NCBI GenBank assembly: GCA_963798705.1
Contig: CAWCTW010000003.1
Location: 214,847-278,846 of the forward strand
From: an uncultured Actinomycetes bacterium
Lineage (GTDB): Bacteria; Actinomycetota; Thermoleophilia; Solirubrobacterales; 70-9
DNA length: 64,000 nucleotides
Direction: 5' to 3'
Below, piece after piece: positions 1 through 8,184 of this stretch (position 1 is the stretch's first letter; each line of letters starts with the position of its first letter). The translations under genes and the position numbers were made by a program. Under the pieces are notes generated by a model that did no database searches, was not told the DNA's origin, and saw nothing but the letters and a program-made list of their open reading frames with translations.

Positions 1-1
1 G

Positions 2-469
2 GCCACCACCCGTCCCGACCAGGTCGTCGGCTTCCACTTCTTCTATCCGGCGTCGGTGATGCGGCTGATCGAGGTCGTCGAGGGCGAGCTCACCTCTGAG
101 GAGACGAGCCAGGCGGCGGCCAACTTCGCGATGCAGATCCGCAAGAACCCGATCCGCTGCGGCGAGGAGCCCGGTTTCGTGGTCAACCGCGTGCTGAACT
201 CGGCCGCGTCCGAGATCTGGCGGCACCAGGCCGAGACCGGGCTCGCGGCCGAGGAGATCGACAAGGAGATCGCCGAGGCGAAGGTGACCCCGATGGGCCC
301 GTTCTTCCTGTCCGACCTGCTGGGGCTGGACACGGTGCTGCACGTGGCCGAGCACCTGCAGGCCAGCTACGGCGAGCGCTTCTACGTCCACCCGCAGATG
401 AAGGAGCTGGTGGAGGCCGGGAACCTCGGACAGAAGACCGGTCAGGGCTACTACACACACGGAGGCTGA
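2..469 (+). CDS. 3-hydroxyacyl-CoA dehydrogenase, 3' portion (5' end outside window)
   Basis: The frame is open to the window edge. The translation ..VGFHFFYPASVMRLIEVV.. and a C-terminal helical domain ending GQKTGQGYY are typical of the 3HCDH family. G/C3 bias is present. Confidence 0.85.
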   Translation, partial: ATTRPDQVVGFHFFYPASVMRLIEVVEGELTSEETSQAAANFAMQIRKNPIRCGEEPGFVVNRVLNSAASEIWRHQAETGLAAEEIDKEIAEAKVTPMGPFFLSDLLGLDTVLHVAEHLQASYGERFYVHPQMKELVEAGNLGQKTGQGYYTHGG

Positions 470-470
470 G

Positions 471-1574
471 ATGGAGGCCGCAACAGCTGAGATGACGGTC
501 GTCGAGCGCTTTCAGCTGAAGGCGTTCGTGGAGGCCGTGATGGTGGTCGACGAGGGCGTCTCGACGACCAAGGACGTCGACCTCGGGATGATGATGGGCG
601 CGGGGATCCTGCCCGGCCCGCTCGCTCGCGCCGACGAGGCCGGGCTGGACGAGATGCTCGCCCGGCTCGAGCTCGCCCAGCGCGAGTGGGGCGATGGCTT
701 CGCGCCGCCCCTCCTGCTCCGGCGCCTCGTCAACCAGGGTCGCCTCGGCAAGAAGGCCGGCCAGGGGTTCTTCTTCTACCCCCGGGCCGACGAGAACTTC
801 GAGCAGAAGGAGACGGTTCTGCTCGAGACCCGCGGCGAGATCGCGATCGTCTGGCTGAACAGGCCGCCCACCAATCCCATCTCTCCGCAGATGATCCGCG
901 ACCTGACCGCCGTCTGGGACGAGATCGAATCGCGCGACGAGGTCCGGGCGGCGGTGTTCGCCTCGTCGAACTTCGCCGTCTTCTGCGCGGGCGCGGACAT
1001 CAAGGAGTTCACGAAGATGACCGATCCGTCCGCGGGCAAGGAGCTCCTGGACAACGGCCATGGCGTGCTCCGTCGCATGGAGCAGTCCGGCAAGGTGACG
1101 ATCGCCGCCGTGAATTCGCTGGCGCTCGGCGGTGGGTGTGAGCTGTCGATGGCTTGCGACTTCCGGATCGCGGCCGAGTCGGCGAGCTTCGGCCAGCCGG
1201 AGATCAACCTCGGGATCATCCCCGGCTTCGGCGGCACGCAGCGCCTGGCGCGTCTCGTGGGGGAGTCCAAGGCCCTCGAGATGAACCTGCTGGGCGACCC
1301 GATCTCCGCCGCGCAGGCCTACGAGCTGGGACTCGCAAACGAGGTCGTGGTCGACCACGAGCTGTTCGACACCGCCGTCGCATGGGCTCGCAAGCTGGGT
1401 GGCCAGGCGCCGGTCGCGGTCGATCAGATCAAGCGGAGCTCGGCCAAGGCCGACCTCGACGAAGGCATCGAGGCCGAGAAGCAGGGCTTTGCGACGGCCT
1501 TCTCGTCCGAGGACGCGCGCGAGGGGATCTCCGCGTTCCTGGGCAAGCGCAAGGCGAAGTGGTCGGGCAAGTAG
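471..1574 (+). CDS. enoyl-CoA hydratase (crotonase fold) preceded by a second 3HCDH C-domain repeat
   Basis: The ATG lies 1 nt after the upstream TGA. The N-terminal ~100 aa repeat the dehydrogenase C-domain (GRLGKKAGQGFF). The rest is crotonase (AVFCAGADIKEF, ALGGGCELSMACDFRIA, FGQPEINLGIIPGFGGTQRL). Confidence 0.85.
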   Translation: MEAATAEMTVVERFQLKAFVEAVMVVDEGVSTTKDVDLGMMMGAGILPGPLARADEAGLDEMLARLELAQREWGDGFAPPLLLRRLVNQGRLGKKAGQGFFFYPRADENFEQKETVLLETRGEIAIVWLNRPPTNPISPQMIRDLTAVWDEIESRDEVRAAVFASSNFAVFCAGADIKEFTKMTDPSAGKELLDNGHGVLRRMEQSGKVTIAAVNSLALGGGCELSMACDFRIAAESASFGQPEINLGIIPGFGGTQRLARLVGESKALEMNLLGDPISAAQAYELGLANEVVVDHELFDTAVAWARKLGGQAPVAVDQIKRSSAKADLDEGIEAEKQGFATAFSSEDAREGISAFLGKRKAKWSGK

Positions 1575-1659
1575 GCGGACGCGCCGGCATTTGGCGGTCT
1601 GAGGTCGCAATGGCGTCCGTGGATCGCCAAAGCCCTGCCGGGCGCCCGCACTGCCTGCC

Positions 1660-2436
1660 ATGAACACGTCTCGGACATCCCAAGCGCAACGGGCTTCCCC
1701 CGCCGAGCTGGCGGAGCTCATCGAGGGCAGCGAGCGGGTCGTCGCTCTCACGGGGGCCGGCGTATCGGTGCCGTCGGGGATCCCGGACTTCAGGACGCCC
1801 GGCAAGGGCCTCTGGGCCAAGGTGGATCCGATGTCGGTGGCCACGATCGATGCGTTCCACCGTGACACGAAGCGTTTCTGGGACTTCTACCGGCCCCGCT
1901 TCCACGACCTTGCGGACAAGGATCCGAATCCGGCTCACGAGGCCCTCGCCGCGCTCGAGCGCCGGGGCCTCCTCGAGGCGGTGATCACCCAGAACGTCGA
2001 CCGACTGCACAGCAAGGCGGGCTCCCATGAGGTGATCGAGGTTCACGGCTCGATCGCGAGCGCCAGCTGCACGAGCTGCGCGGCGAGCTACCCGCTCGAG
2101 CAGGTCGAGGACCTGTTCGACGCCGACGGAATCGCGACCTGCACGTGCTGTGCCGGCAAGGTCAAGCCCGACGTCGTCCTGTTCGGCGAGCTGCTGCCCG
2201 CCGACGCGATGGCGAGGGCCGACGAGCTCTGCTCCGGGGCCGACCTCCTGCTGTGCGCCGGGTCGTCGCTCGAGGTCTACCCGGTGGCCGGGCTGCCTGA
2301 GGTCACGCTGGGGCGAGGAGGCCGGATCGCCATCGTGACCAGGAGCTCGACGCCGTATGACGAGCAGGCCGCCGTGCGGTTGAGTGGCGACGTCGCCGAG
2401 GAGCTCCAGGCCGTGGTCGCGGCGCTGCACGGCTGA
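1660..2436 (+). CDS. cobB: NAD-dependent protein deacylase, Sir2 family
   Basis: GAGVSVPSGIPDFRTP and ITQNVDRLH motifs, plus a Cys-rich zinc module (CTSC ... CTCC). Confidence 0.85.
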   Translation: MNTSRTSQAQRASPAELAELIEGSERVVALTGAGVSVPSGIPDFRTPGKGLWAKVDPMSVATIDAFHRDTKRFWDFYRPRFHDLADKDPNPAHEALAALERRGLLEAVITQNVDRLHSKAGSHEVIEVHGSIASASCTSCAASYPLEQVEDLFDADGIATCTCCAGKVKPDVVLFGELLPADAMARADELCSGADLLLCAGSSLEVYPVAGLPEVTLGRGGRIAIVTRSSTPYDEQAAVRLSGDVAEELQAVVAALHG

Positions 2437-2443
2437 GCCTGGC

Positions 2444-3331
2444 CTAGGCCGAGTCCCTGAGCGCCTGGCGACGGCGCAGCACGCGCTCGCAGATGCGCAG
2501 TGTGTCGGCGAGCTGCTCCACCCGGTCGGCCGGCAGGTCCCCGCCGAGCGCATCGCGCGCCGCATGGCTCGTCGCCTCCATGCGCTCCCGCAGGGTCCCG
2601 AGATCCTCCTCCTGCCCGGGGCCGGCACGATCGGGAACCTCGGCCAGCAGCGCCGCCAGCCCCGGGCCGAGCTGCAACGCGGCCTCGCGGGCCCGGCCCT
2701 GGTCGAGGTCGGAGCGCGCGCGGAGGAGCAGCGTCTCGCAGGCGTCGATCGACTCGCGACCGGCGAGCAGCTCGGCAAGCCGTTCCTGCGGGCGAAGGGC
2801 GTCCGCGCGGCGCCGGCGCCGTTCGGGCGATGCGACCTCCAATGCCTCGCTCCAGTTGCCGTCGGCGAGCTCGTCGCCGGTTCCGAAGCCGACCCGCACG
2901 GCGAGAATCGCAAGCCGCCCGATCTCGTGGCCGTATGGATCCTGGTTGGCGATCCGGTTGGCTCGCACCACGCGGTTGACCTCTCGCAGGCCGTCCAGGG
3001 CCGTCGCCTCGGCCGCGTCCGCGTCCGCCCGGAGCCCCTCGAGTCCCGCCTCGGCCTCGGCGCGTGGCTTGCTTCGCGCGGGGATCACCGTCAGTCGCGT
3101 GACCGGGACCGGCGCGGGCGACTCGCCGGGCTCGGCCCGCCGAGCCCGGCGCCTCCTCCTCGGCGGCCTGCCGGCGGGAGGGGCACCCGTCGTCTGGACG
3201 ACGAGCACGGACTCCTGGTCGTGAGCCTCGCCACCGGTGGCGCGAATCAGGTAGCGGCCGTCGTCGAGGCCCAGTCGCCCGGGCACGTCCAGCTGCACGA
3301 AGCGAAAGCAGTCCTCGTCGGTCGCGCTCAT
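2444..3331 (-). CDS. hypothetical protein (no family recognised)
   Basis: This is the only frame here with protein-like composition and G/C3 bias. It has a short N-terminal domain, an Arg/Pro-rich linker (PPRRRRRARRAEPGESPAP) and a ~200-aa helical C-terminal region. Confidence 0.6.
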   Translation of the reverse strand: MSATDEDCFRFVQLDVPGRLGLDDGRYLIRATGGEAHDQESVLVVQTTGAPPAGRPPRRRRRARRAEPGESPAPVPVTRLTVIPARSKPRAEAEAGLEGLRADADAAEATALDGLREVNRVVRANRIANQDPYGHEIGRLAILAVRVGFGTGDELADGNWSEALEVASPERRRRRADALRPQERLAELLAGRESIDACETLLLRARSDLDQGRAREAALQLGPGLAALLAEVPDRAGPGQEEDLGTLRERMEATSHAARDALGGDLPADRVEQLADTLRICERVLRRRQALRDSA

Positions 3332-3417
3332 CGCGACTCAGCCTAGATGACTTATTCCCAATCCCCGCGCACCCGGATGATCCGCCCGGCACTGCGCATT
3401 TCCACGTCCTCGGGCCT

Positions 3418-3438
3418 GCCTTTGGCACCACCAAAGGC
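3418..3438 (-). terminator. hairpin downstream of the hydrolase gene (possible terminator, no U-tract)
   Basis: GCCTTTGG-cacca-CCAAAGGC, an 8-bp perfect stem, lies 21 nt past the hydrolase stop. Confidence 0.3.
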
Positions 3439-3458
3439 TGCGCCCGACCTCGCGCCGG

Positions 3459-6149
3459 TTAGTCGCCGCGCCGGCCCTTGTGGTCCGACTTCTTGCCGTG
3501 GCCCTTCTTCGCGGGGAGCGAGTACCTGGAGGGCGAGGTGGGAACCTTCGGGTTCTGGATCTCGGCGATCCTGCCGATGAGCTTCTTCCACTGGTCGGGC
3601 TTGAGCAGCGACTCGAACTTCTTGCCCTTCTCGGGCGCGGAGCCCTTCGGGTAGTAGCCGACGTGGATGTGGTCCCAGTGGTCCCCCATCGACAACGTCG
3701 GCCCGCCGAGGTTCATGAGCGAGATGATCTGGTGCGGCTCCATCGTCCCCTGGAGCTTGAGGAGGGTCTTGATCACGGCCTCGGTGATCGAGCCCGGGCC
3801 CTGGTGGTTGGCGATCGGGACGCCGTTGACGAGGGCGATGTCCATGGCATCGCCGGTCGAGTGCTCGCTCACGTAGCCGGACGCGGTGAGGACGCTGTGA
3901 CCGCATTTGAGTGACGTGATCGTGAGCCTGAAGTCATTGTCGGCGAGGTACTCCATCGCGGCGAGGATGCGCTGGTCGATCTGGCCGGTCTGGATGTCGT
4001 TGCGACCGCAGGAGTAGATGGAGAGCCGCGGATCGGCCAGCACCTTACGGGCCAGCTGCGTCTTCGGCATCAGCAGGTCCTGCGTGACGTTGCTCGTACC
4101 GGCGCCGCCGGTGAACGGGTTCTGCCCGGCGGCCCGGTAGATCGCGGTCTCCTCGAGGAGCTTCCAGCCGTCCAGGATGGGCTTCGGGTCGATCTTCGGC
4201 GTGTGCTTGCCCGCGGGCCGGATCGCGAAGTTCAGGTGCGGCGCCAGCTTGGTGGTCTTCCCGATGCGGCCGAGCACCGTGCCGGCCACGACCTTGGATC
4301 CCTCGCGCAGCGGGCGCAGCTCCATCGACTTGCGATTGAAGTGGAGTACCCCGCCGAAATACGACTTGAAGGTCGAGTAGCCGGGGAACCGCTTCGCGAG
4401 AAGGCTGTCCAGCTGCCCGGTGATGTCGGCACGGTCGACGTTGTGCGGCCGCTCCGGCAGCGCGTACAGACGGGCGCGCCTGTCCTCGGTGTTGACCGGC
4501 CCACCGTTGGAAGTCGCCTTGAGCCTGATCGCCCCGGAATCGGCGGGCGGCTTCTTCGCCTTCGACGGGTGTGGCCCGGACTTGGACGACTTCGACTTGG
4601 AGCCCGTCTCGGGCTTGGTCGCTCGCCTGGCGCTGTCGCCGGCGAGCTTGTTCGCGTGGCTGCTCACGCCGAGCGGCTTGCCGCGGGTGGCGGGCTCATT
4701 GGGCTTCTTGTCGTTCGGCGTGACGAGCTTGAAGTCCGAGGCCGACAGCTTGTGCTGCTTCGGCACCGGATAAGCCCGCGAGACCCGCCCGAGCTGAGCG
4801 TAGGTGAACCGGTTCCCGTAGTTGTCCTGGAGGACGATGTAGTTGCCGAGCTTGCTGTCGTGGCCGATCTTCTTGATCGTGCCGTCGTTGACGGCGACGA
4901 CCGGGGCGCCGTCGTGCGAGTAGACGTTGATCCCTCGACGTGTAGGTGAGCTTGAGACCACGTCGGCGACGTTGCCGCTGGAACCCTTCTTCGGCCGCGC
5001 CTTGCGGGCGGCGTCCCGCTCCGAAATCTGATCCGCGTAACGGGCCCTGGCGGCAACGGGGAATCGGTCGCCCTGGGTGAGCCCGGTGATTGACCCCACG
5101 AGGTCGTCCGGCAGCTTGCCGTACTGCTGCGCGTAGAGGATGACCTCGTCCACATACCACGTGGCGTGGTTGTAGGCGAAGATCGCGCGCCGCAGGTCGG
5201 TGTCGCCTCCGGCGGCCTTGAGGTAGCGGGCCGCGGCGCAGACCGCGTCGACGGGGTTGTAGGGGTCCTTGCGCCCGTCGCCGTTGGCGTCCGTGCCGTA
5301 GGCCTTCCAGGTCGAGGGGATGAATTGCATCCAGCCGACCGCCCCGGCGGTGGAGACGTTGAGGTTGGTGCCGAACGCGGTCTCGATCTTGTTGATCGAG
5401 GCGAGCACCTGCCACGGGATCCCGTACTGGGTGCCGCAGGCCTGATAGATCGGCAGCAGGAAGGGCGGGATCTCGAACTGGCCGATGAGGAAGCTGGGGA
5501 CGCCGAGGGGGGCGGGGGTGGGGCTGGCGATCGAAAGGGTGGGGTTGGACTTCGTGGGGACGCCGTTGGACTTCACGCGCGGCGGAGGAGACGGGTTGCG
5601 GTCGCGTCCGGCCGAGGTGCCGCCGTCGCCACTGTGATGGTGCTGACGGTGGCCGCCACGGCCCGCGCCGTCGGGCCGTCCGCCCGAGCCGCCCGAGCCG
5701 CCGGGGCCGGCGGCGCCACCGCTTCCGGTGGGGCCGGACGTACCCGTCGTTCCGGTCGTACCGGTGGATCCCGTGCTCCCGGTCGAGCCGGTGGATCCCG
5801 TGCTCCCGGTCGAGCCGGTGCTCCCCGTGCTCCCGGTGCTCCCGGAGCCGCCGGTGCTCCCGGTAGGGCCGCCGGTCGAGCCGGTCGCAGGGTCGGACTC
5901 GTCGTTGTCGAGCGGTCCGGAGCAACCGGGGTCCGCCAGGTCGACGAGGCCGTCGCCGTCGTCGTCCTTGGTGTTGGAGCACGCCGGGATCGCGTCAACG
6001 GTCGGGAGGTTGCCTCCCCCCGGAAGGTTCGCGGACACGCCGCTCTTGGACGTATCGAGAAGGCCGCCACCGCTTGCGATGCCCGCGCCCGCCGTTACGA
6101 CGGCGCCGAGCACCCCGAGGGCGAGTATCAGCAGTAGCTTCCTTCCCAT
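3459..6149 (-). CDS. secreted multi-domain peptidoglycan hydrolase: lytic transglycosylase + degenerate LytM/M23 + LAS (M15-like) zinc peptidase
   Basis: Signal-anchor MGRKLLLILALGVLGAVV; the ATG at 6149 is preferred over the TTG at 6209. It contains a (GST)n tract, SLT motifs (NKIETAFG, GWMQFIPSTW), an M23-like region (GAPVVAVNDGTIKKIG ... APHLNFAIRP) and an M15/VanY-like signature (SEHSTGDAMDI, DHWDHIHVG). Confidence 0.85.
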   Translation of the reverse strand: MGRKLLLILALGVLGAVVTAGAGIASGGGLLDTSKSGVSANLPGGGNLPTVDAIPACSNTKDDDGDGLVDLADPGCSGPLDNDESDPATGSTGGPTGSTGGSGSTGSTGSTGSTGSTGSTGSTGSTGSTGTTGTTGTSGPTGSGGAAGPGGSGGSGGRPDGAGRGGHRQHHHSGDGGTSAGRDRNPSPPPRVKSNGVPTKSNPTLSIASPTPAPLGVPSFLIGQFEIPPFLLPIYQACGTQYGIPWQVLASINKIETAFGTNLNVSTAGAVGWMQFIPSTWKAYGTDANGDGRKDPYNPVDAVCAAARYLKAAGGDTDLRRAIFAYNHATWYVDEVILYAQQYGKLPDDLVGSITGLTQGDRFPVAARARYADQISERDAARKARPKKGSSGNVADVVSSSPTRRGINVYSHDGAPVVAVNDGTIKKIGHDSKLGNYIVLQDNYGNRFTYAQLGRVSRAYPVPKQHKLSASDFKLVTPNDKKPNEPATRGKPLGVSSHANKLAGDSARRATKPETGSKSKSSKSGPHPSKAKKPPADSGAIRLKATSNGGPVNTEDRRARLYALPERPHNVDRADITGQLDSLLAKRFPGYSTFKSYFGGVLHFNRKSMELRPLREGSKVVAGTVLGRIGKTTKLAPHLNFAIRPAGKHTPKIDPKPILDGWKLLEETAIYRAAGQNPFTGGAGTSNVTQDLLMPKTQLARKVLADPRLSIYSCGRNDIQTGQIDQRILAAMEYLADNDFRLTITSLKCGHSVLTASGYVSEHSTGDAMDIALVNGVPIANHQGPGSITEAVIKTLLKLQGTMEPHQIISLMNLGGPTLSMGDHWDHIHVGYYPKGSAPEKGKKFESLLKPDQWKKLIGRIAEIQNPKVPTSPSRYSLPAKKGHGKKSDHKGRRGD
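5761..5814. repeat. perfect 27-bp tandem duplication inside the hydrolase gene, flanked by degenerate copies
   Basis: ccggtggatcccgtgctcccggtcgag occurs twice back to back. It encodes part of the GSTGSTGST tract on the minus strand. Confidence 0.95.
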
Positions 6150-6232
6150 CCTGTTCAGTCCCCGCCCTTCGCGCCCAACTCGGAGAAGGCCGCGCCGCGG
6201 CTCCGCCAATCTGGCCTGATCAGAGCCGTGAG

Positions 6233-6373
6233 AACGCTAGCTGTTCGGGGGGCGGTTTGCAACGTCGAACCAGGCTTGGGAATCGTATCTCAGCCGGCCT
6301 CGTCTGCCGTGCGGGATCGCCGACCGGCCGCTCGCCTACGAATCGGCACCCGGACGCACCCCCTTGAAGCGTT
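6233..6373 (-). promoter_or_regulatory. candidate structured 5' leader of the hydrolase gene (possible ydaO/c-di-AMP-type riboswitch, unverified)
   Basis: A closing helix AACGC/GCGUU encloses ~140 nt containing GGGGGUGCGUCC, GAUUCGUAGGCGAGC and CCCCCGAACAGCUA. The matches to the remembered consensus are only partial. Confidence 0.2.
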
Positions 6374-6424
6374 ACGCTGCGCGACCCGTGCGCTTGCACG
6401 GGGACGACCGAAGGAGGCTGGGTC

Positions 6425-6781
6425 TTGAGCGACGATTCTGAGCCCGGGGAGGGCATCCGAGCCCGCGGCGAGGAGGCCTTGAGCGACCTCGCACAGGCGC
6501 TGCTGGACAACCCGCTTTTCGGCCAGGCGGTCACCACCGCGATCGGCGCGGGCGAGCGTGCCGCCCACGCTCAGCGCTCGGCGATGGGGGCGCTCAACAT
6601 TCCTGCCGCATCCGACTTCGAGCGGCTCGAGCAGCGGCTGCGCTCGCTTTCCTCGAGGCTGGAGGCCGTCGAGGATCAGCTCGACGACGCCCTCGACGAG
6701 CTCGCCGCGATGCGGCGCTCGATCGCGGCCGAACGCTCCCCTGCCGCCGAGCGCGCCGGTGCCGGTGAACCGAACGCCTAG
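6425..6781 (+). CDS. coiled-coil protein, phasin-like (tentative)
   Basis: TTG start 9 nt after GGAGG. The sequence is helical and acidic with heptad-like LEQRLRSLSSRLEAVEDQLDD. The family assignment is from memory of COG3937-type proteins. Confidence 0.6.
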   Translation: MSDDSEPGEGIRARGEEALSDLAQALLDNPLFGQAVTTAIGAGERAAHAQRSAMGALNIPAASDFERLEQRLRSLSSRLEAVEDQLDDALDELAAMRRSIAAERSPAAERAGAGEPNA

Positions 6782-6786
6782 GAATC

Positions 6787-7164
6787 GTGGCGTCCCAGTC
6801 CGGCAAGCGACCCGACGGGGGTGTGGCCGAGACGCTCCGCGAGGCCATCCAGCGGACCCTGTCCGTAGCGGGCCGGCCCGCCCAGGCCGGCACCACGGGT
6901 CTCACGCGCGAACGGGCCGCCAATCTCCTCGACGAAGTCGCCAGACTCGGGCGCGAGGCCAGCGGCGAGCTGGCGCGACGCGGTCAGGGCGCCCGCGAGG
7001 AGCTGACCCGCCGCGGACAGGACGCGGGGGCCGAGCTCGCTCGGCGAGGACAGGGCGCGGCCGAGGAGATGGTGCAGCGGTTGGAGGCCCTCGAGCGGCG
7101 GCTCACCGAGCTCGAGGAGGCCCTGCGGGGCCCCGACGAACCTAAGCCTGGAGCTGAGGGTTAG
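6787..7164 (+). CDS. coiled-coil protein, phasin-like (tentative), paralogue-like partner of 6425..6781
   Basis: GTG start. It has repeated ELARRGQGA(x)EE units and a C-terminal LEALERRLTELEEAL. It abuts the next gene (TAG followed directly by ATG). Confidence 0.6.
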   Translation: MASQSGKRPDGGVAETLREAIQRTLSVAGRPAQAGTTGLTRERAANLLDEVARLGREASGELARRGQGAREELTRRGQDAGAELARRGQGAAEEMVQRLEALERRLTELEEALRGPDEPKPGAEG

Positions 7165-8184
7165 ATGGCCGGTAGGCGGGTGCTGGTCATCGGAGTCGCG
7201 AACCACTGGGGGGCGGAGCTCGCACGGCGGCTCGAGCGCGATCCCGGAATCGAATATCTGGCCGGCATCGACGTCGAGCCGCCCCCGGCGGACCTCGAGC
7301 GGACGGACTTCATCGAGGCCGACATCCGCAGCCCGCTCATCTCCCGGTTGCTGCCTGCGACCGGGGTGGAGACGATCGTGCACTGCGGCATCCTCCGGTA
7401 TCCGGAGAGCGGCCGGCCGGCGCGGGTCCTCCACGACGTGAACGTGATCGGCACCCTGCAGCTGCTGGCGGCCTGCGAGCGGACCGAGACGCTCAGGCGC
7501 CTGGTCGTCCGCGGGTCGTCCGCGATCTACGGCAGCGAAGGCGCGACCCCGTGCTTCTTCTCCGAGCGCATGGCGCGGACCCTGCCGCTGCGGACGCGCT
7601 TCCAGCGCGACGTGTCGGAGCTCGAGGCCTATATCGAGAACTTCGCGCGGCGCCATCCCGAGCTCGAGTGCTGCACCCTGCGCTATCAGCCCGAGATCGG
7701 TCCGGACCTGGACACGCCGCTGGTCCGCTACCTGCAGCTACCCGTCGTACCGACCCAGCTCGGCTGGGACCCGCGCCTTCAATTGATCCATGCCGACGAT
7801 GCCACAGGCGCGCTCGAGGCCGCGGTCAGGTGCTCCGTGCGCGGAGCCGTCAACGTCGCACCCTCGGGCTCGATTTCGCTGAGCCACATCCTGCGGCTGG
7901 TCCGGCGGCCGGCCGTCCCGGTCCCGCATCCGCTCTTCGAGGTCGCGCTGGAGCGGCTCGGGCGGCGGCTCGGGGCAGGGCCCCTCTACGGCGACGGTGT
8001 GCGGATGCTGCGCTTCGGTCGCGGCGTCGACAACCAGCGAATGGTCACGGAGATCGGATACGAGCCGCGCTTCGACGCCGAGGGGACCGTCCGCGATTTC
8101 GCGACCAAGTCGAGGGGGAGGAGCGTCGGTCCCTCGCTGCACCCGGGCGACCTCGTCGGCAGGCTCGCGGCGGCGGTTCGGTGA
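7165..8184 (+). CDS. NAD-dependent epimerase/dehydratase family protein
   Basis: N-terminal Rossmann segment RVLVIGVANHWGAELARRL. It is paired with an acyltransferase, like the mycobacterial galE2-like/acyltransferase gene pair. Confidence 0.8.
   Translation: MAGRRVLVIGVANHWGAELARRLERDPGIEYLAGIDVEPPPADLERTDFIEADIRSPLISRLLPATGVETIVHCGILRYPESGRPARVLHDVNVIGTLQLLAACERTETLRRLVVRGSSAIYGSEGATPCFFSERMARTLPLRTRFQRDVSELEAYIENFARRHPELECCTLRYQPEIGPDLDTPLVRYLQLPVVPTQLGWDPRLQLIHADDATGALEAAVRCSVRGAVNVAPSGSISLSHILRLVRRPAVPVPHPLFEVALERLGRRLGAGPLYGDGVRMLRFGRGVDNQRMVTEIGYEPRFDAEGTVRDFATKSRGRSVGPSLHPGDLVGRLAAAVR

Noticed and set aside
183-1868. A 561-aa ORF on the minus strand overlapping the hydratase and Sir2 genes.
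   Set aside because: The translation is Arg/Pro/Ala/Gly-rich and low-complexity, antisense to clearly recognisable genes. This is a typical shadow ORF of GC-rich DNA. The same applies to 1429-2913(-), 13332-15440(-), 24028-25809(-), 21055-22395(-), 27177-28676(-), 53934-55727(-), 59068-60573(-) and many others in the track.
5728-5900. A short-period repeat tract that might be mistaken for a CRISPR-like or other non-coding array.
   Set aside because: The repeats are in frame inside a well-supported CDS and encode (GST)n. There are no unique spacers of CRISPR size and no cas genes in the window.
7551-8180. The long upstream extension of the acyltransferase ORF (534 aa from ATG 7551).
   Set aside because: The extension is out-of-frame translation of the epimerase gene and is Arg/Ala/Pro-rich. 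GTG 8181, overlapping the epimerase stop, gives a normal-length LPLAT.
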